A DNA stretch of 64,000 bases from Octopus sinensis. Taxonomy: Eukaryota. Shown one piece after another: positions 12,631-25,738 of this stretch; the first letter of the stretch is position 1; each line of letters begins with the position of its first letter. Under the pieces are notes generated by a model, which saw only the letters and a program-made list of their open reading frames with translations, made no database searches and was not told the DNA's origin. Both the position numbers and the translations under genes were made by a program. The stretch lies in contig NC_043000.1 in the NCBI RefSeq assembly GCF_006345805.1, forward strand, positions 109,306,001 to 109,370,000, written 5' to 3'.

Positions 12631-13890
12631 TGAGTACAGCCCAGAAGATAGTGCAGCAACTGACATAGCTGCAAAATCAAAGCCATGCATTTCAATACAA
12701 AAAATCACCACAAATGATGAACTCAGGATGGCCAACTTAAATACCTGTAACTCTTAAACAGATATCGCACCCATATTCCAAATAAATATTGGAGATCTAT
12801 TACGACTCTGTAGCAGAAGCAAAATCCTCTATCTAAAAGAGCCGCCGCATGCAATGAAGCAATATGCATGGCGCCTATAGAAACGTGTCTAAACTCTAAT
12901 ATAACAGATGCGGAAATACGCATACCTGGGTAGGTTTTATTTCGTACGGACAGAAGAGAAAGACGCCACGGAAGAGTTACTATGTACATTCGTGAAGATG
13001 TCACGCCCCTTGTACTCTTGTCACACTTTAATAATACATATAAAGCAAATTGATGTAGCTCTGAGCACAACATATTGCCCACCAAATGGCTCAAAACATT
13101 ATGGTAAATTAGATGTTAGCTTCAGACACATAGCAGAGGGATTTCAGCCTCCCAAATGACCATTCAGATGTCAATGTGTTATATATATCTTGACTTTTGT
13201 AAAGGCCTTTGATAAGGTGTATCGTGGCATGGTATGTCACAAACTGCTAGACTTTGGCATTACTGGTAAACTGGGAGACTTCACAGACAGTGAGAGACCT
13301 GGGAATCGGGATGTGTAATAATTTCATATGCACATTATCAAGATGGTAACAAAGTGCAGACAACTGGCAGGATGGATACTAAGGTCCTTCAAGAAAAGAG
13401 ATTAAGAGGTCATGTTGATCTTGTGGAGGACTCTTGTTCTCAGCTACTTGTACTACTGCCCTCAGCTGTGGCCACCACACAGCGCCAAACTAAGAGCAGG
13501 TCTCAAAGTGGCCCAACGTTACTACACTAAAAAAAATTGTAACAGTGCAGTAGATGAACTACAGTGAGAGGCTGGAAAGCTACGACTTTTCTCCCTAGAG
13601 CGAAGATGTGTTAATCTACGTATGAAAAATTCTGGAAGAGCTGGCACCGAACTTTGGCATCGAGTGTTATACAAATGCCGGAAGTTCACGCCATTGCATT
13701 GTATTAAAAGTACCCTCCGCTCCATCTAAAGTCAGAATCAGGTACTGCACTAGGTTAGGGTTCAAAGGTCCACGGCCCTTCGATACCCTACCAATTGAAC
13801 CGAAGAGACCCACACAATGCGGTGGAGGATATTTTGACAAAGGAATTGGATATTCTATTTCGACATGGCTGAAACGAATAAAATAACATA
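12630..13890 (+). mobile_element. Degraded, internally deleted CR1-group LINE ORF2
   Basis: APE motifs (ETCLNSNITDAEIRIPG*VLFRTDRRERRHGRVTMYIRED), an RT motif (DFCKAFDKVYRGMVCHKLLDFGITGKLG) and the C-terminal region (GWILRSFKKRD*EVMLILWRTLVLSYLYYCPQLWPP...LRLFSLERR). Confidence 0.8.
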
Positions 13891-13894
13891 AAAG

Positions 13895-13986
<92 letters not shown>

Positions 13987-14470
13987 GCACACATACACAC
14001 AAAATATTTATCATATAACATATCTCTTTCTAAGTAATAAAGTATGTTGGTATTAAAATATTTCTATAATGACATTAAACCGTAGCTCTTATCAGTTTTC
14101 TAGTTTCTTTCCTTGCCGACATTTTCGCGTAATTTTTTCAAATTAATGTTTGAGACTGGCTAAGAATAACATCTCATATTTCATGCCAGCCTGTGAAGAA
14201 CATATTCAAAAATTCAATATTTACTCCTCTAAAACAACAACAAAAACAACAAAAAGATGTCCTCAAAGATTCTAGACAAAAAAAAATAATAAAAAGAAAG
14301 GAAAAAAAGATGTGGAATGTTTTTTTTTCTTGCTCTCTTTTTTTTCTTTTATTCTTCTAATAAATATATATTTATGTGTGAGCGCATAAAACGCTTGAGT
14401 GCAAAGACATATGTATATGTGAGTGCATCTCTGTCTGCGTATGCCTGTATGCATATGTGGGTGTGTTGTC

Positions 14471-14509
<39 letters not shown>

Positions 14510-14722
14510 TATATGTAAATGTATGTATATAATAGTTATGGTATATATATGATATATATATATAAAATATGTTGTATATGCATATGATTGAGCATATATA
14601 TTTTTATTTATAAATCATATTTTAATATACATAATATATATATACATGCATATATATATATATATTAGCCCCTTGTGGGTAATAAAGAAATATATATATA
14701 TATAACATAAATATGTGTGTTT

Positions 14723-14772
<50 letters not shown>

Positions 14773-15119
14773 ATTGCTGTTGTTTTTGTTGTTTTTGTTG
14801 ATGATCTTTTCATATTTTTTTTTACTTGAAATATTTTAGCATTTCATTTTTTGTGATAAACAGTTTTGTTCGTTTTTTTTTTCATATTTTTTTTGGACGG
14901 AATTATTATAATATTGAAAAAATAACAAAAAAAAATGATGATTTCAGTTATTTCTTTTAAATAATATTTTGTTTTGCATTTCATCTTTTTCTCGTGTTTT
15001 GAGAGTAAATTTTTTTTTAAAATTAAAAGAAAAAAATATATGTATAAAAAGGAGAGAAAAATAAATGGCTAAAAATGGGGAAGGGGGTCTGTTGTATTTC
15101 TGTTCTCCAAATATTGTTG

Positions 15120-15790
15120 TAGCATATATATATGTATATATATATATATGTATAGGTATGTATATGTGTATGTATATATGTATATACCATATTTGTATAT
15201 GCCTTATTAAATGCATATGTATATAGACATAAATATATATATATATAAAGATATAGATAAATATACATACATATATATGTTTGTGTATATATACACACAC
15301 ACACTCACACACACACATATATTTATGCATGTACTTATAGATGCATATATGCCTCTAAACATTAGTGTGTGAGTGTCCATATATATATATGTATATATAT
15401 AATGTGTATATATATGTGTGTATGCATGTATGCATGCATGTATACCTATGTATTTATATTTATGAGCGTGTGTCTAAATATGTATACATATATTTTTTGC
15501 CTAATCAATAGATATACATACATACGCACAAATATATACTTACAGAAATTATGTAAATATATATATATATATATACATGCGTACACAGGCATATATGCAT
15601 ATACATATATGTGTATATATATATATATATATATGTATATGCGTGCATATATAAATTTATTCCTATATATTTATATATATATACATATATATATATATAT
15701 ACATGCATATATATATATATACATGCGTACACAGGCATATATGCATATACATATATGTGTATATATATATATATATATATAATATATATA

Positions 15791-15834
<44 letters not shown>

Positions 15835-15845
15835 GCATACATAAT
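15120..15845. repeat. Compound (TA)n/(TACA)n low-complexity tract with an internal duplication
   Basis: acatgcgtacacaggcatatatgcatatacatatatgtgt occurs twice, at about 15574 and 15721. Confidence 0.9.
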
Positions 15846-16338
15846 TGCCATCATTTGTCATCACATTCTTCTTGTTAGTGTCAACATAGCTCTATCTATG
15901 TCTTACATGTTTTATATTAGAATTGTTCAACAGCCTTCTTTTTTTGCTCCACTTCGCCTTCGTCGTCTTCTTCATTCACTAACCAGTCTTCGCTGCCATA
16001 TTTCACCACTACCTCTCACAACCAATCGATTAGGTTTTTAATGTACCACCATCTTTAACACCAACACCAACTAGCTGAAACAAGACCTCTCTTTCTCAGT
16101 TCCTCCTCTCTCTCTCTCTCACTCACACTCTCTCTCTCTCTCTCAACCATTGATATTAGAATTGTTCAGCCACAGGTGCCACAAGCACCGCTACAACCTC
16201 ATTTACGACAGCCGTTACCATTCCTCTTACGACGACCGCCATTCATACCACCATATCTATTAAAAGCGCTCTTTCGCCAATTATTCCATGCATGTTTATA
16301 TATGTATACATGCATGTGTGTGTGTGTGCGCGCGTGTA

Positions 16339-16370
<32 letters not shown>

Positions 16371-17139
16371 CACGTTTGTTGTTTCAACACAATTCTTTTT
16401 GCCAATAACACATTGATTATAAGCATTATTATTGGTGTTTTAAGATTACCGACGACTGGGTATTTGGATTTGTTGCATCGACATTCTCGACAGATATGTC
16501 GGCGAGAATTTTCACTGCCTTAGCCTGTTGTTTAATTTCAGCTGAAGCTCAATTGTAAATGGATTTTCTGCTTGAGAATACATTTGTCGTGTCCTACGAG
16601 AGGCAGCACAACCAGATTTCATTCCTCAAAGCCATCATAAAGAACTTGAAGACGGAAAGAAAACACAAATAAATATTCATAAATGGCATAGTAGGTTTGA
16701 ACAGAGTGCTGCGTTTGAACCCCATGTCAGCCGACAGTGACTGAGCAGAACTATAACGAGAAGCCTTCCAGCCCTGATTATTTGATCGTCTCGTTTCTAT
16801 TCATCTACCATTATATTATGCAATGTGATTCTTCCGAAATCTTTTATGACGAAATGAGAGATGTTGCTCTTATTTTTTGCAGGCAGAGCGACCAAAGGGA
16901 GTTTTTCGATGAGTTGTGCGTTATAAGAGATCTAGGAGCATTGACAGTATTCAGAGTAACTGAGCATCTAATATGAAAAACAATTTTTGTAAAATGATAA
17001 TTGTAGAAGAAGAAGAAGAAGAAAGAAGAAGAAGAAGAAGAAGGCGTGAATAACAAGTCGTAATATTTGTGGCTGGTGTAAAACAACGATTCTACATCAG
17101 CATTATTATCGTACGAGTAGTGGTAATAGTGTTGGTGGT

Positions 17140-17296
17140 TGTAGTAGTATTGGTGGTGGTGGTGGTGGTGGTGGTGGTGGTAGTGGTGGATAATAGCAAC
17201 CATTTTAGAAACCATTTTTACTTCTCTCATTCATGGTTAGCAACTGTTGCGACATTACTGCACCTCCGCAATAATAATCACAATAATAGTAACGAT

Positions 17297-17334
<38 letters not shown>

Positions 17335-17355
17335 TACTTATTTATATTATTATTA

Positions 17356-17398
<43 letters not shown>

Positions 17399-17748
17399 CA
17401 TTATTATTATTATTATTATTAATATTATAATTCAATGTAGATTATTTCCTTGTATCACACCAGGCTGTTTCATTTTTTTTTATCTTCACAGGCCTTATAT
17501 TGTGTACAGTGTATGTAGTATATGTATAGTATTTTTTGTGTGTGTGTGTGCTGGTGCATGTGTGCGTGCGTGTGAGACAGTGAATTTTTTTGTTAGCTTC
17601 TGTGAAATTGTATGCACGTGTTTGCGTTTATGTTTGTAAGCTTATGAGCATTTTGTACATGGATATGTGTTGGAAGTTAGTAGTGATGTCATTGTTTTCT
17701 TTACAATATTATAATTATTATTAATTAATTAATTATTATTATTATTAA

Positions 17749-17797
<49 letters not shown>

Positions 17798-17883
17798 TTA
17801 ATTATTTTTTCAGATGGAATTTATACTTGTGTGGATTTGAGTTTTTTTTTTCTTTTTGTGTTTTTTATCAAATTATTATTGCC

Positions 17884-17920
<37 letters not shown>
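17140..17920. repeat. Trinucleotide microsatellite cluster (GGT, TAA, TAT)
   Basis: Seen directly in the sequence. Confidence 0.9.
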
Positions 17921-18224
17921 ATTATTGTTGTTGTTGTTGCAATTGATTGTGTTATGATTGTTGTTGTGGTTAATGATGATATAGTTTCGAATCCCTCCAC
18001 TTATTTCGTCTTCTTCTTTAGTTTCATGTATGCATGTATGCTTGTATGTGTGAGCGTTCAGTCATATTTATGCGTGGGTTTGTTTCATCATCACCATTTC
18101 GTTTCTTCGCCGTCGTTGACGGCAATGGTGTTAAATATTCTATTTCTTCTTTTCTAACGAGTTCTTTTTGGAATATATATATAAAAAAAATAATTAACTT
18201 TTCCTTCATTTTCGCTTTTACACA

Positions 18225-18322
18225 CACACATATATATATATATAATATATATATATATATAGATATATATATATATAATATATATATATATATAATATAT
18301 ATATATTATATATATAATATAT

Positions 18323-18366
<44 letters not shown>

Positions 18367-18393
18367 TATATATATATATTATATATATATTAT

Positions 18394-18427
<34 letters not shown>

Positions 18428-18433
18428 CATATA

Positions 18434-18488
<55 letters not shown>

Positions 18489-18520
18489 CACATATATATA
18501 CACACATATATATATATTCC
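18225..18520. repeat. (TA)n tract
   Basis: Seen directly in the sequence. Confidence 0.95.
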
Positions 18521-18788
18521 GTTTCCTGTCTTGATTGTTTTTGTTGTCTCTTTTCTGTCACATTCTTTCATTTCCTTCTTCGTTTTCTTGTCATAATTAT
18601 CTTTGTGGTATTAACAGTTTACATACGATTAGCAGTTCCTGTTTTCCTTTAATCCGGATCTGTATTCTCCTCCTATTTTTCATGTTTTATGTTGTAATTT
18701 TAATTGTTTTTGAACCATCTTGAAAAAATTGTTATATTTATGTTTTTGTGGATTTTTATTTTTTAATTAATTTTGTTTGTGTATCATT

Positions 18789-19089
18789 TTACAATCTTTC
18801 CTGGATTTGTTGTGCCTGGAAGTGTGGATAATGTCCAGCCCCGGCTGCTATTGCCTGTGGGACAGCGTATGTATAGGCCGCGGGCGTGACGTAGCCGTTT
18901 GTGGCCGTAGAGTAAGGGTAGGCTTCGTATCCGTTCGGAAACTGTCCTGTGTATGGCGGAGATGCATACTCTACATATTGTCCGGCTGTTGTTGGCGACA
19001 AGGACGAATGAGGCAGGATTACACTCGGTGCTGTCATGTAGGTAGCAGCTGCGGCACCGGCTGACGATGGATATATGTATGATGGGTAC
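18789..19089 (-). CDS. RBM24: Last coding exon of an RBM24/RBM38 (SUP-12-like) RNA-binding protein
   Basis: Acceptor ttcttcttcAG at 19091-19090, then (G)YPSYIYPSSAGAAAATYMTAPSVILPHSSLSPTTAGQYVEYASPPYTGQFPNGYEAYPYSTATNGYVTPAAYTYAVPQAIAAGAGHYPHFQAQQIQERL*. This is colinear with the RBM24/38 C-terminus as I recall it (YIYP..PSVVIP..YIEY..YPY..YAVPQA..QxxQLQxDRMQ). RBM24 and RBM38 cannot be told apart here. Confidence 0.88.
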
Positions 19090-19321
19090 CTGAAGAAGAA
19101 AATAAATAAATAAATAAAAATTGAGAAATGGATAAAATTTATCGTAAAAAATTAATAGAAATCTATTTAAAATCATGTCACTATATGTGCGTATAAATAT
19201 GATTTTTCTCCAATTGTAAAACCTCTTTTGGCAACAACATTCACTAAAATATATTCATAAAATCTTTTTTCATACAAAAACCTTTCTATACGAGAGCATT
19301 TAAGTAACATGATCTTTTCTT

Positions 19322-19404
<83 letters not shown>

Positions 19405-21322
19405 TGCGTTGAATGTAAAACTCATCTTCTGTAAATACTCTGATATATTTTCAGTAAAACAGTCATACGATAACATTTACAGTAGGTGAAAATATATTTT
19501 TGTATTTTCAGTTTTTATTTATGAATAGATATATGAAAATACCATCGACTCCTTGCGTTAAAAAGTGGAACTTGTTTTATTCAAACAAAAAATGTTTAAG
19601 AATTAAACACGTTCTTAACTCTTTCTTATTGTAACGTGTGTGTGCGCGCGCGCACGTGTGTATAAAGAACGAGACCCATTACATTATTTTATTTTGTTTC
19701 TTGTCAGTCATTGCACTACGGCCATGCTGGGGTACCACCATGAAGGGCTTTTGCGGGACAAATCGCCACAGTACACACGTACAAAAAAAAAACAAAAAGA
19801 AAAAGAAATCTCTGGTACTTATACTGTTGCCGAACAACTACATTGCGCGGCCGTAAATAAACTAACACCGGTTGTCAAGTGTTGCAATTGAGAGATAAAC
19901 AACGACACAAAGACACACCGATTTGCACTCAACAAGATGCTGTACAAAGGTGTGAACTATCACCGAGTGCTTTCATTGCTCAAACAATGGACTCCAACGA
20001 CAGAATCCGTTCAGTCAGTTCTGAAAAAGAATGTTTTATGGCGGCAATGAACAGCAACGCATGCATGAATGCATTCAGTGTAAAACGCCAGAAGTCAACG
20101 TGACTCCTGATGGCCGGTGGCGGCAAAAATAGGCGAAGTAAAGCAAAAAAAACAAAACATAGCTGATTACATACAAACATACATACACCAGCACACACAC
20201 ACACACATCCATACAAGCGCATGCACACGCACATATAAGGAATAAGTGTATGTGTGTGTGTATGTTTATACACACATGCAATCACTCATATACATGTAAG
20301 CACAAACCCAATTGTGCACATAGCAATCAATGAAATATGACCTGTTACTAAGCGACCAGAAACTCGCTGCCCAGCGTTAGACTAGTCTCGTTACTGTAGC
20401 ACTAACAATACATTACATATATTACGTGTAATAATAACAGAATAAATAACAAAGTAGAGTCGGTGTGTGATAAGTTAGAGCAAACAAAAGAGTAGCAGGA
20501 AGAGGGGAGAACTAGGAGGGGGAGGAGGAGGAGAAGTTTCTATAGTGAGGAGGACATTAACGGTAATAGAAAAGCGAAATGTTGGAATCAATGTATTCTA
20601 GTTGTTGGTTGCAACCCGTTCTTAAGTAGGAGGCTGTTCGAACGTCTTGCCACCTCCCCCCAATGTGTTTATAAAATAAGGTGAGGTCGTTTAGAATCAA
20701 AATGGAGAGTCAATTAATGAAGGTAGATATTTGTAGAAGTAAAGGGCCTATCGATCTTTCATTTGGCTCCGATGCAGGTTAATGGATTTCTTCGATGTTA
20801 TTGATTGACAGGAGATGTAGGTGATGGTAGTGTCGGTGGAGATGGTCGTGGTGGTGGCGCTGCTGGTCGCGTCGTGTTGGTGATGGGCGTGGAATTAATT
20901 GAACATCGTAAGCAATTAGTCTTTGAACTGATGTTTGTCGTCGAGCATCGTTATCTACAGAACTCTCTTCACCGATGTTTACATATGCATTCGCGTCGGT
21001 TCGCCTGTGTCTTTGTCTATGCACGTATATTCTTTTGTTTTGTTTTTGTTTTTTATTCCTTTATATGGTTCAGCCCTGCGGCTGTGGCCATGCTGACCAT
21101 ATATATATATTATGTATATACGTTTCTATGCATGTATGTTAATGCTTCTAAATATGCCGAGTTGCAAAAAATTGACATCAAACTGAAGAAATACTCCATA
21201 TTTTTTGTCCAGTCTATACTTATGCTTCCACAGTGAGTTCGATGTTTCGCCTTCCTACCCTTTATCCGACAATTCGTCGAAGTGTAGCACACCTGTTCGT
21301 ATATATGTTTATACATACACTC

Positions 21323-21355
<33 letters not shown>

Positions 21356-22304
21356 TGTATGTATGTATGTATGTATGTATGTATGTATGTATGTATATGT
21401 GTATGCATGTGTGTAGTTAAAACATGACCCTTTTTTTAGCAAGTGGTAGTAAGTAGTGCAAATGTTATATTCCTAGGGTTTACATTTCAGTATTCTTTTG
21501 TTCACGATTTTCTGTCGACACATCAGACACCGCCATATTAAATATCTCAATAATTAGTTTGCGCTTTCTGTAATTGCCTTGCGGATTTCAATCTAACCAG
21601 GAGATATTTATTCTGTCGATTGCTGTTGCATGTTTCCATGGTGATGGTGATGGCGGTGATAATATATTCGTAATAGAAATCTTATGACTTCTCATCGCAT
21701 ATATTTGAATGTATTTGTGTATATGTTTATACATACATACACACACACATATATATATATAATAGATCTAATAGCGAGGGATTATCAATCCGGGCAGAAT
21801 ACTTCATAAGGTCTCTGTTGGCACAGCAGGCTAATAATATTGCTTGGATTAGTGAAGAACTCCAGGTAATCTTTTGGTTGGGTCCCAAGTTATGATTCAT
21901 CAGTATATTGTAAATCCGTGGATGGGTTCCAGATAAACTGGGTTTTACACAGAATGATATACAAGACAAGTGATAAATGACGATCATTAAATATGTTTTA
22001 CTCTAATAAAGGTAAAAATATGTAATGACCATTATTTATGTCTTGTCTTATATGTTTTTGTCTTCGGCTTTGTAGTTCGGCGAGCTATCCACGAGGCTAG
22101 GCTCTTTGTGAATGCGAAAATATTGTTCACTCTATGACCCGACATAGCCTTAAATACAAACACACACACACATACACACACACACACACGTATATATATA
22201 TATATATATATATATACATACATACATACATACATAGTTGATATTTACAGAAAAACAAAAGAGGAAGACAGATGTATTAGTTTGACGCTCGGGAAGGTAA
22301 GAAA

Positions 22305-22344
22305 GCCTTTTATGTTTCGAGCCTACGCTCTTCAACAGAGAGGA
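22305..22344 (-). ncRNA. Hammerhead-like motif (PLE terminal fragment)
   Basis: Minus strand cctct-CTGTTGA-a-gagc-gtag-gctc-GAAA-cata-aaagg. The core is CUGUUGA instead of CUGAUGA. Confidence 0.45.
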
Positions 22345-22650
22345 ACATGATATGTGTGTGTGTGTGTGTATGTACCATTTCTCCGTTTGTTTTTCGTCCT
22401 TGTTTTCGTATACATTCGCTGCTTTTTTCCAAGCAATCTAGTGCTCTTAGCTTAGTTCTCCTTGGAGTTGGCCAGATGGAGCAATCTCGAGTATAACCAG
22501 CCGAATTGCAAAGATAATCTGGAACTCGACTGAGGAACGAAAACTCCGAATGACCCATCCTTGCTTTTTTTTGTCCCGTTTTTTGTATCATCTGTCTGGA
22601 TGTTTTTCGCTTTTATCCCATTTTTTAAATTCCTTTATATATATGTGTGT

Positions 22651-22952
22651 GTGGAGGCGCAATGGCTTAGTGGTTAGGGCAGCGGACTCGCGGTCGTAGG
22701 ATCGCGGTTTCGCTTTCCAGACCGGGCGCTGTGAGTGTTTATTGAGCGAAAACACCTAAAGCTCCACGAGGCTCCGGCAGGGGGTGGTGGCGATCCTTGC
22801 TGTACTCTTTCGCCGCAACTTTCTCTCACTCTTTCTTCTGTTGGCCTGCTCACTTAGCCTGCGAGGTGGCGTCATTTGAAGGCTAAAACAATGCAAAGTG
22901 CATTGTGACCAGCGATGTGTAGCAACATCTGACAGCCTGGTCGGTCACGGTG
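22651..22952 (+). mobile_element. tRNA-Arg-like SINE family C
   Basis: A-box tggcttagtgg, anticodon-like gactcgcggtc, B-box-like ggtttcgctttcc and a (TA)n tail. Related diverged copies at about 870-1080(+), 2530-2805(-), 6975-7260(+), 7760-7950(-), 9850-10150(-) and 54350-54600(-). Confidence 0.7.
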
Positions 22953-22972
22953 ATATATATATATATATATAT

Positions 22973-24727
22973 TAAACTAGAGATAAAACCACTATTAGGC
23001 AAATCAAACAGTGAAAAACATAAACCAAAACATAGAAATAAAATTAATTAATATAATATACAAAATATATAAAATATAAAATTCAAAATTTAAATTGTTT
23101 AAATTTAAAGTTAGAATTAAAAAAAAAAAATTAATTATTAAATTATACTCATAAATTTATATATATATTTTTTTAAAATTATTATTTTTATTTTTATTAT
23201 TATTATTTTTTTATTATTTTTTTTTTAATTATTAATTTTAAAAAAAATATATATATAACTATCAAAAAGTATTAAAAACCTTGCAAAGCTAAGTATATAT
23301 TTATATTTAAGATTTTAAATTTTAAAATTTAAATATTTTAATAAGTCTTATTGAATAATTTTGTATTTTATACAAATACTGATTGTTATGTAATGATTTA
23401 GTTATCGTAGTTTTTTCTATATAATTATTAGATTTTAACTCTACGTTTATTCGTAAGACTTTACTTAGCCAAATAGATATATAGATCGTTAACAGTTATA
23501 CAAGTTTTTTAAAGTTAGGTTTCATGTATATACATGTACTGATAGCATAAATTTTAGTCTTAAATAACTATATTTGTTGATAGTTATTTTAAATATTTCA
23601 TAATTGTTATTATAACTTATAAATTGCTTTTTTCAATTGATAATTGGTAGTAGTATTTTTTCCATTGATAAATATATTCGTAGTATTTATTGGATACTTT
23701 ATAACTACGGATTGATTATTTCATTAAGTATTTTATTATTTCATTTTAGGTCTTAACTATACGGTTTTTGTAAGTTATTAATTAACCAACGAGATATATG
23801 GATCGTTAATTAGTTATAGCGTTCTTTTAAGATAGTTTGTTTGTTTGTTTACAATTAACTTTTTCATCTTTAATCTTTTAATATATTTATAAGTAATAAT
23901 GAATAATTAATTTATTAGGTCTTTATTATACGTGCATATATATTTATTGATAGAGATAATTTTAGATCTTAATTCTTATATTTATTATTATTAATTATTA
24001 TTCAAATATTATATAATTATTTGACTTGGAATTAAATTTAATAATATGAATAGTGATTTTTTTTGTTAAATATTTATGTAATTAGATATTGACTATAACT
24101 GAGATTAGATTATTTGTGGGTTTCTTACCTTAAAAATAATACTTAAAAATTAATATTTAACATTATAATCGATTGTATGACATAATCATAATGTTTAAAG
24201 TTTCTAGTTTGATAATAGAGTTTTTTATAAGAAGAATTATTATTTTATTTATATTTTTTTTAAATATTGTTTAAATATATTTGATTATTTATTTAAATAT
24301 TATCATTAACCTGAAGATTGACGATAACCATAATTCGAATTATTAATTAAATTTAAATTATTGTTATTCGAATTAGGTTATGGGCATGAAACGATCGTAG
24401 TGGTTTTACTTTTTATCTTATATTAAGCTTTTTAATACTTTTTGATAATTATATATTTTTAAAAAATAAATAAATTAAATTAAATTAAAAAAATAAATAA
24501 ATAAAAATAAAAATAATAATAAAAGTAAAAATAATAAATATATATATATGTATATAAATTTATAAGTATAATTTAATGATCGAAATTTTTTTTTAAATTT
24601 TAACTTTAAATTTAAATAATTTAAATTTTTATATATTTTGTATATTATATTAATTAATTTTATTTCTATGTTTTGGTTTATGTTTTTCACTGTTTGATTT
24701 GCCTAATAGTGGTTTTATCTCTAATTT
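22973..24727 (+). mobile_element. Extremely AT-rich fold-back element with about 300-bp inverted termini, probably Penelope-like
   Basis: 22981-23040 is the exact reverse complement of 24661-24720, and the similarity extends to about 23278 and 24427. A hammerhead motif lies just inside the right repeat. Inserted in (TA)n at a SINE tail. Confidence 0.7.
24304..24402 (+). ncRNA. Hammerhead-like motif with a long stem II
   Basis: cattaac-CTGAAGA-[ataaccataattcgaat...attcgaattaggttat hairpin]-GAAA-cgatc-gtagtg. Confidence 0.5.
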
Positions 24728-25679
24728 ATTTTATATATTTATACTGTAAAATTAGATTTAATCCTAAATCTAATTTTTCCCTGTAAGTTTGGATTTACTC
24801 CCTAATATTATTATTATTATTATTATATATATATATAACTTTCACTTGTTCTACTCAGACTGCGTTCATGCTGGAGCACGGCCTTGAAGTGTTTTAGTCG
24901 AACGAATCAGATCTAGGGCCTATTATATTTTTTAGGTGTGGTACTTATTTTATGAGGCCCTTTTCCCGAAATGCTAAAATACAGAGACGTAAACAACACA
25001 GGTTGTCAGGCGGAGGGGATGGGACAAACGTAGACACAAAGACGCACGCACGCGCTTACACACTTATATACACACACATGCATTTACATAGATGTCGTTA
25101 TTTTATTTCTTTACTACCCACAAGGGGCTAAACACAGAGGAGACAAACAAGGACAGACAAACGGATGAAGTCGATTACAACGGTCCCAGTGCGTAACTGG
25201 TATTTAATTTATCGACCCTAAAAGGATGAAAGGCAAAGTCGACCTCGGCGGAATTTGAACTCAGAACGTTGCAATTTACGACAAAAACACGCGCACTGGT
25301 TGTTTTTCATTTCAATTGTTCCACCACAAAGTTCTTTTGTTGCAGACAGCAACCTCAACGATGATGGGTCCCTAGTGCACTCTTAGTGCTTGCTATTATG
25401 CACTCACTCCATACTCCTATGATAGTTTTACTAGGAAGCCCTCTTGCAGATACCCAAATATACAAGAATGTCTTAAGGTCAACAAAGTGGATGGGAACCG
25501 GAATGAGAGTGGGGAGACAGAAAATACATATAGATGTGTGTGTGTGTGCGCGCGTACGCGAGTCTGTGTCTGCGCGTGCGTCAGGTGTGCTTGTATAGAC
25601 AGGTACTCTAAAAAGTGCAAATAAAAACGTTTAGAGGATGTATATATAGATAGATAGATAGATAGATAGATAAATACAC

Positions 25680-25738
<59 letters not shown>

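Larger units (their letters stand above)
14050..18788 (-). other. Putative long 3' UTR of the RBM24/38 gene
   Basis: Lies directly after the stop codon. Almost free of interspersed repeats (only a SINE tail at about 14664-14692) up to the LINE ending near 13890, and U-rich on the minus strand. AATAAA candidates at 18755-18760 and 14348-14353. The true end is unknown. Confidence 0.35.

Noticed and set aside
22310-22591. ORF resembling a CR1 C-terminus (GWVIRSFRS, DCSIWP, SVEERRLE)
   Set aside because: The EERRLE part is really the PLE hammerhead sequence, and the rest needs frameshifts and has little nucleotide similarity to the 13-kb copy.
22651-22730. Functional tRNA-Arg gene
   Set aside because: The cloverleaf is incomplete and the head continues into a SINE body and (TA)n tail.
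22973-24727. Mitochondrial insertion (NUMT) or organelle/parasite contamination
   Set aside because: No recognisable mitochondrial gene or tRNA. Long inverted termini, a hammerhead motif and insertion in a SINE tail point to a mobile element.
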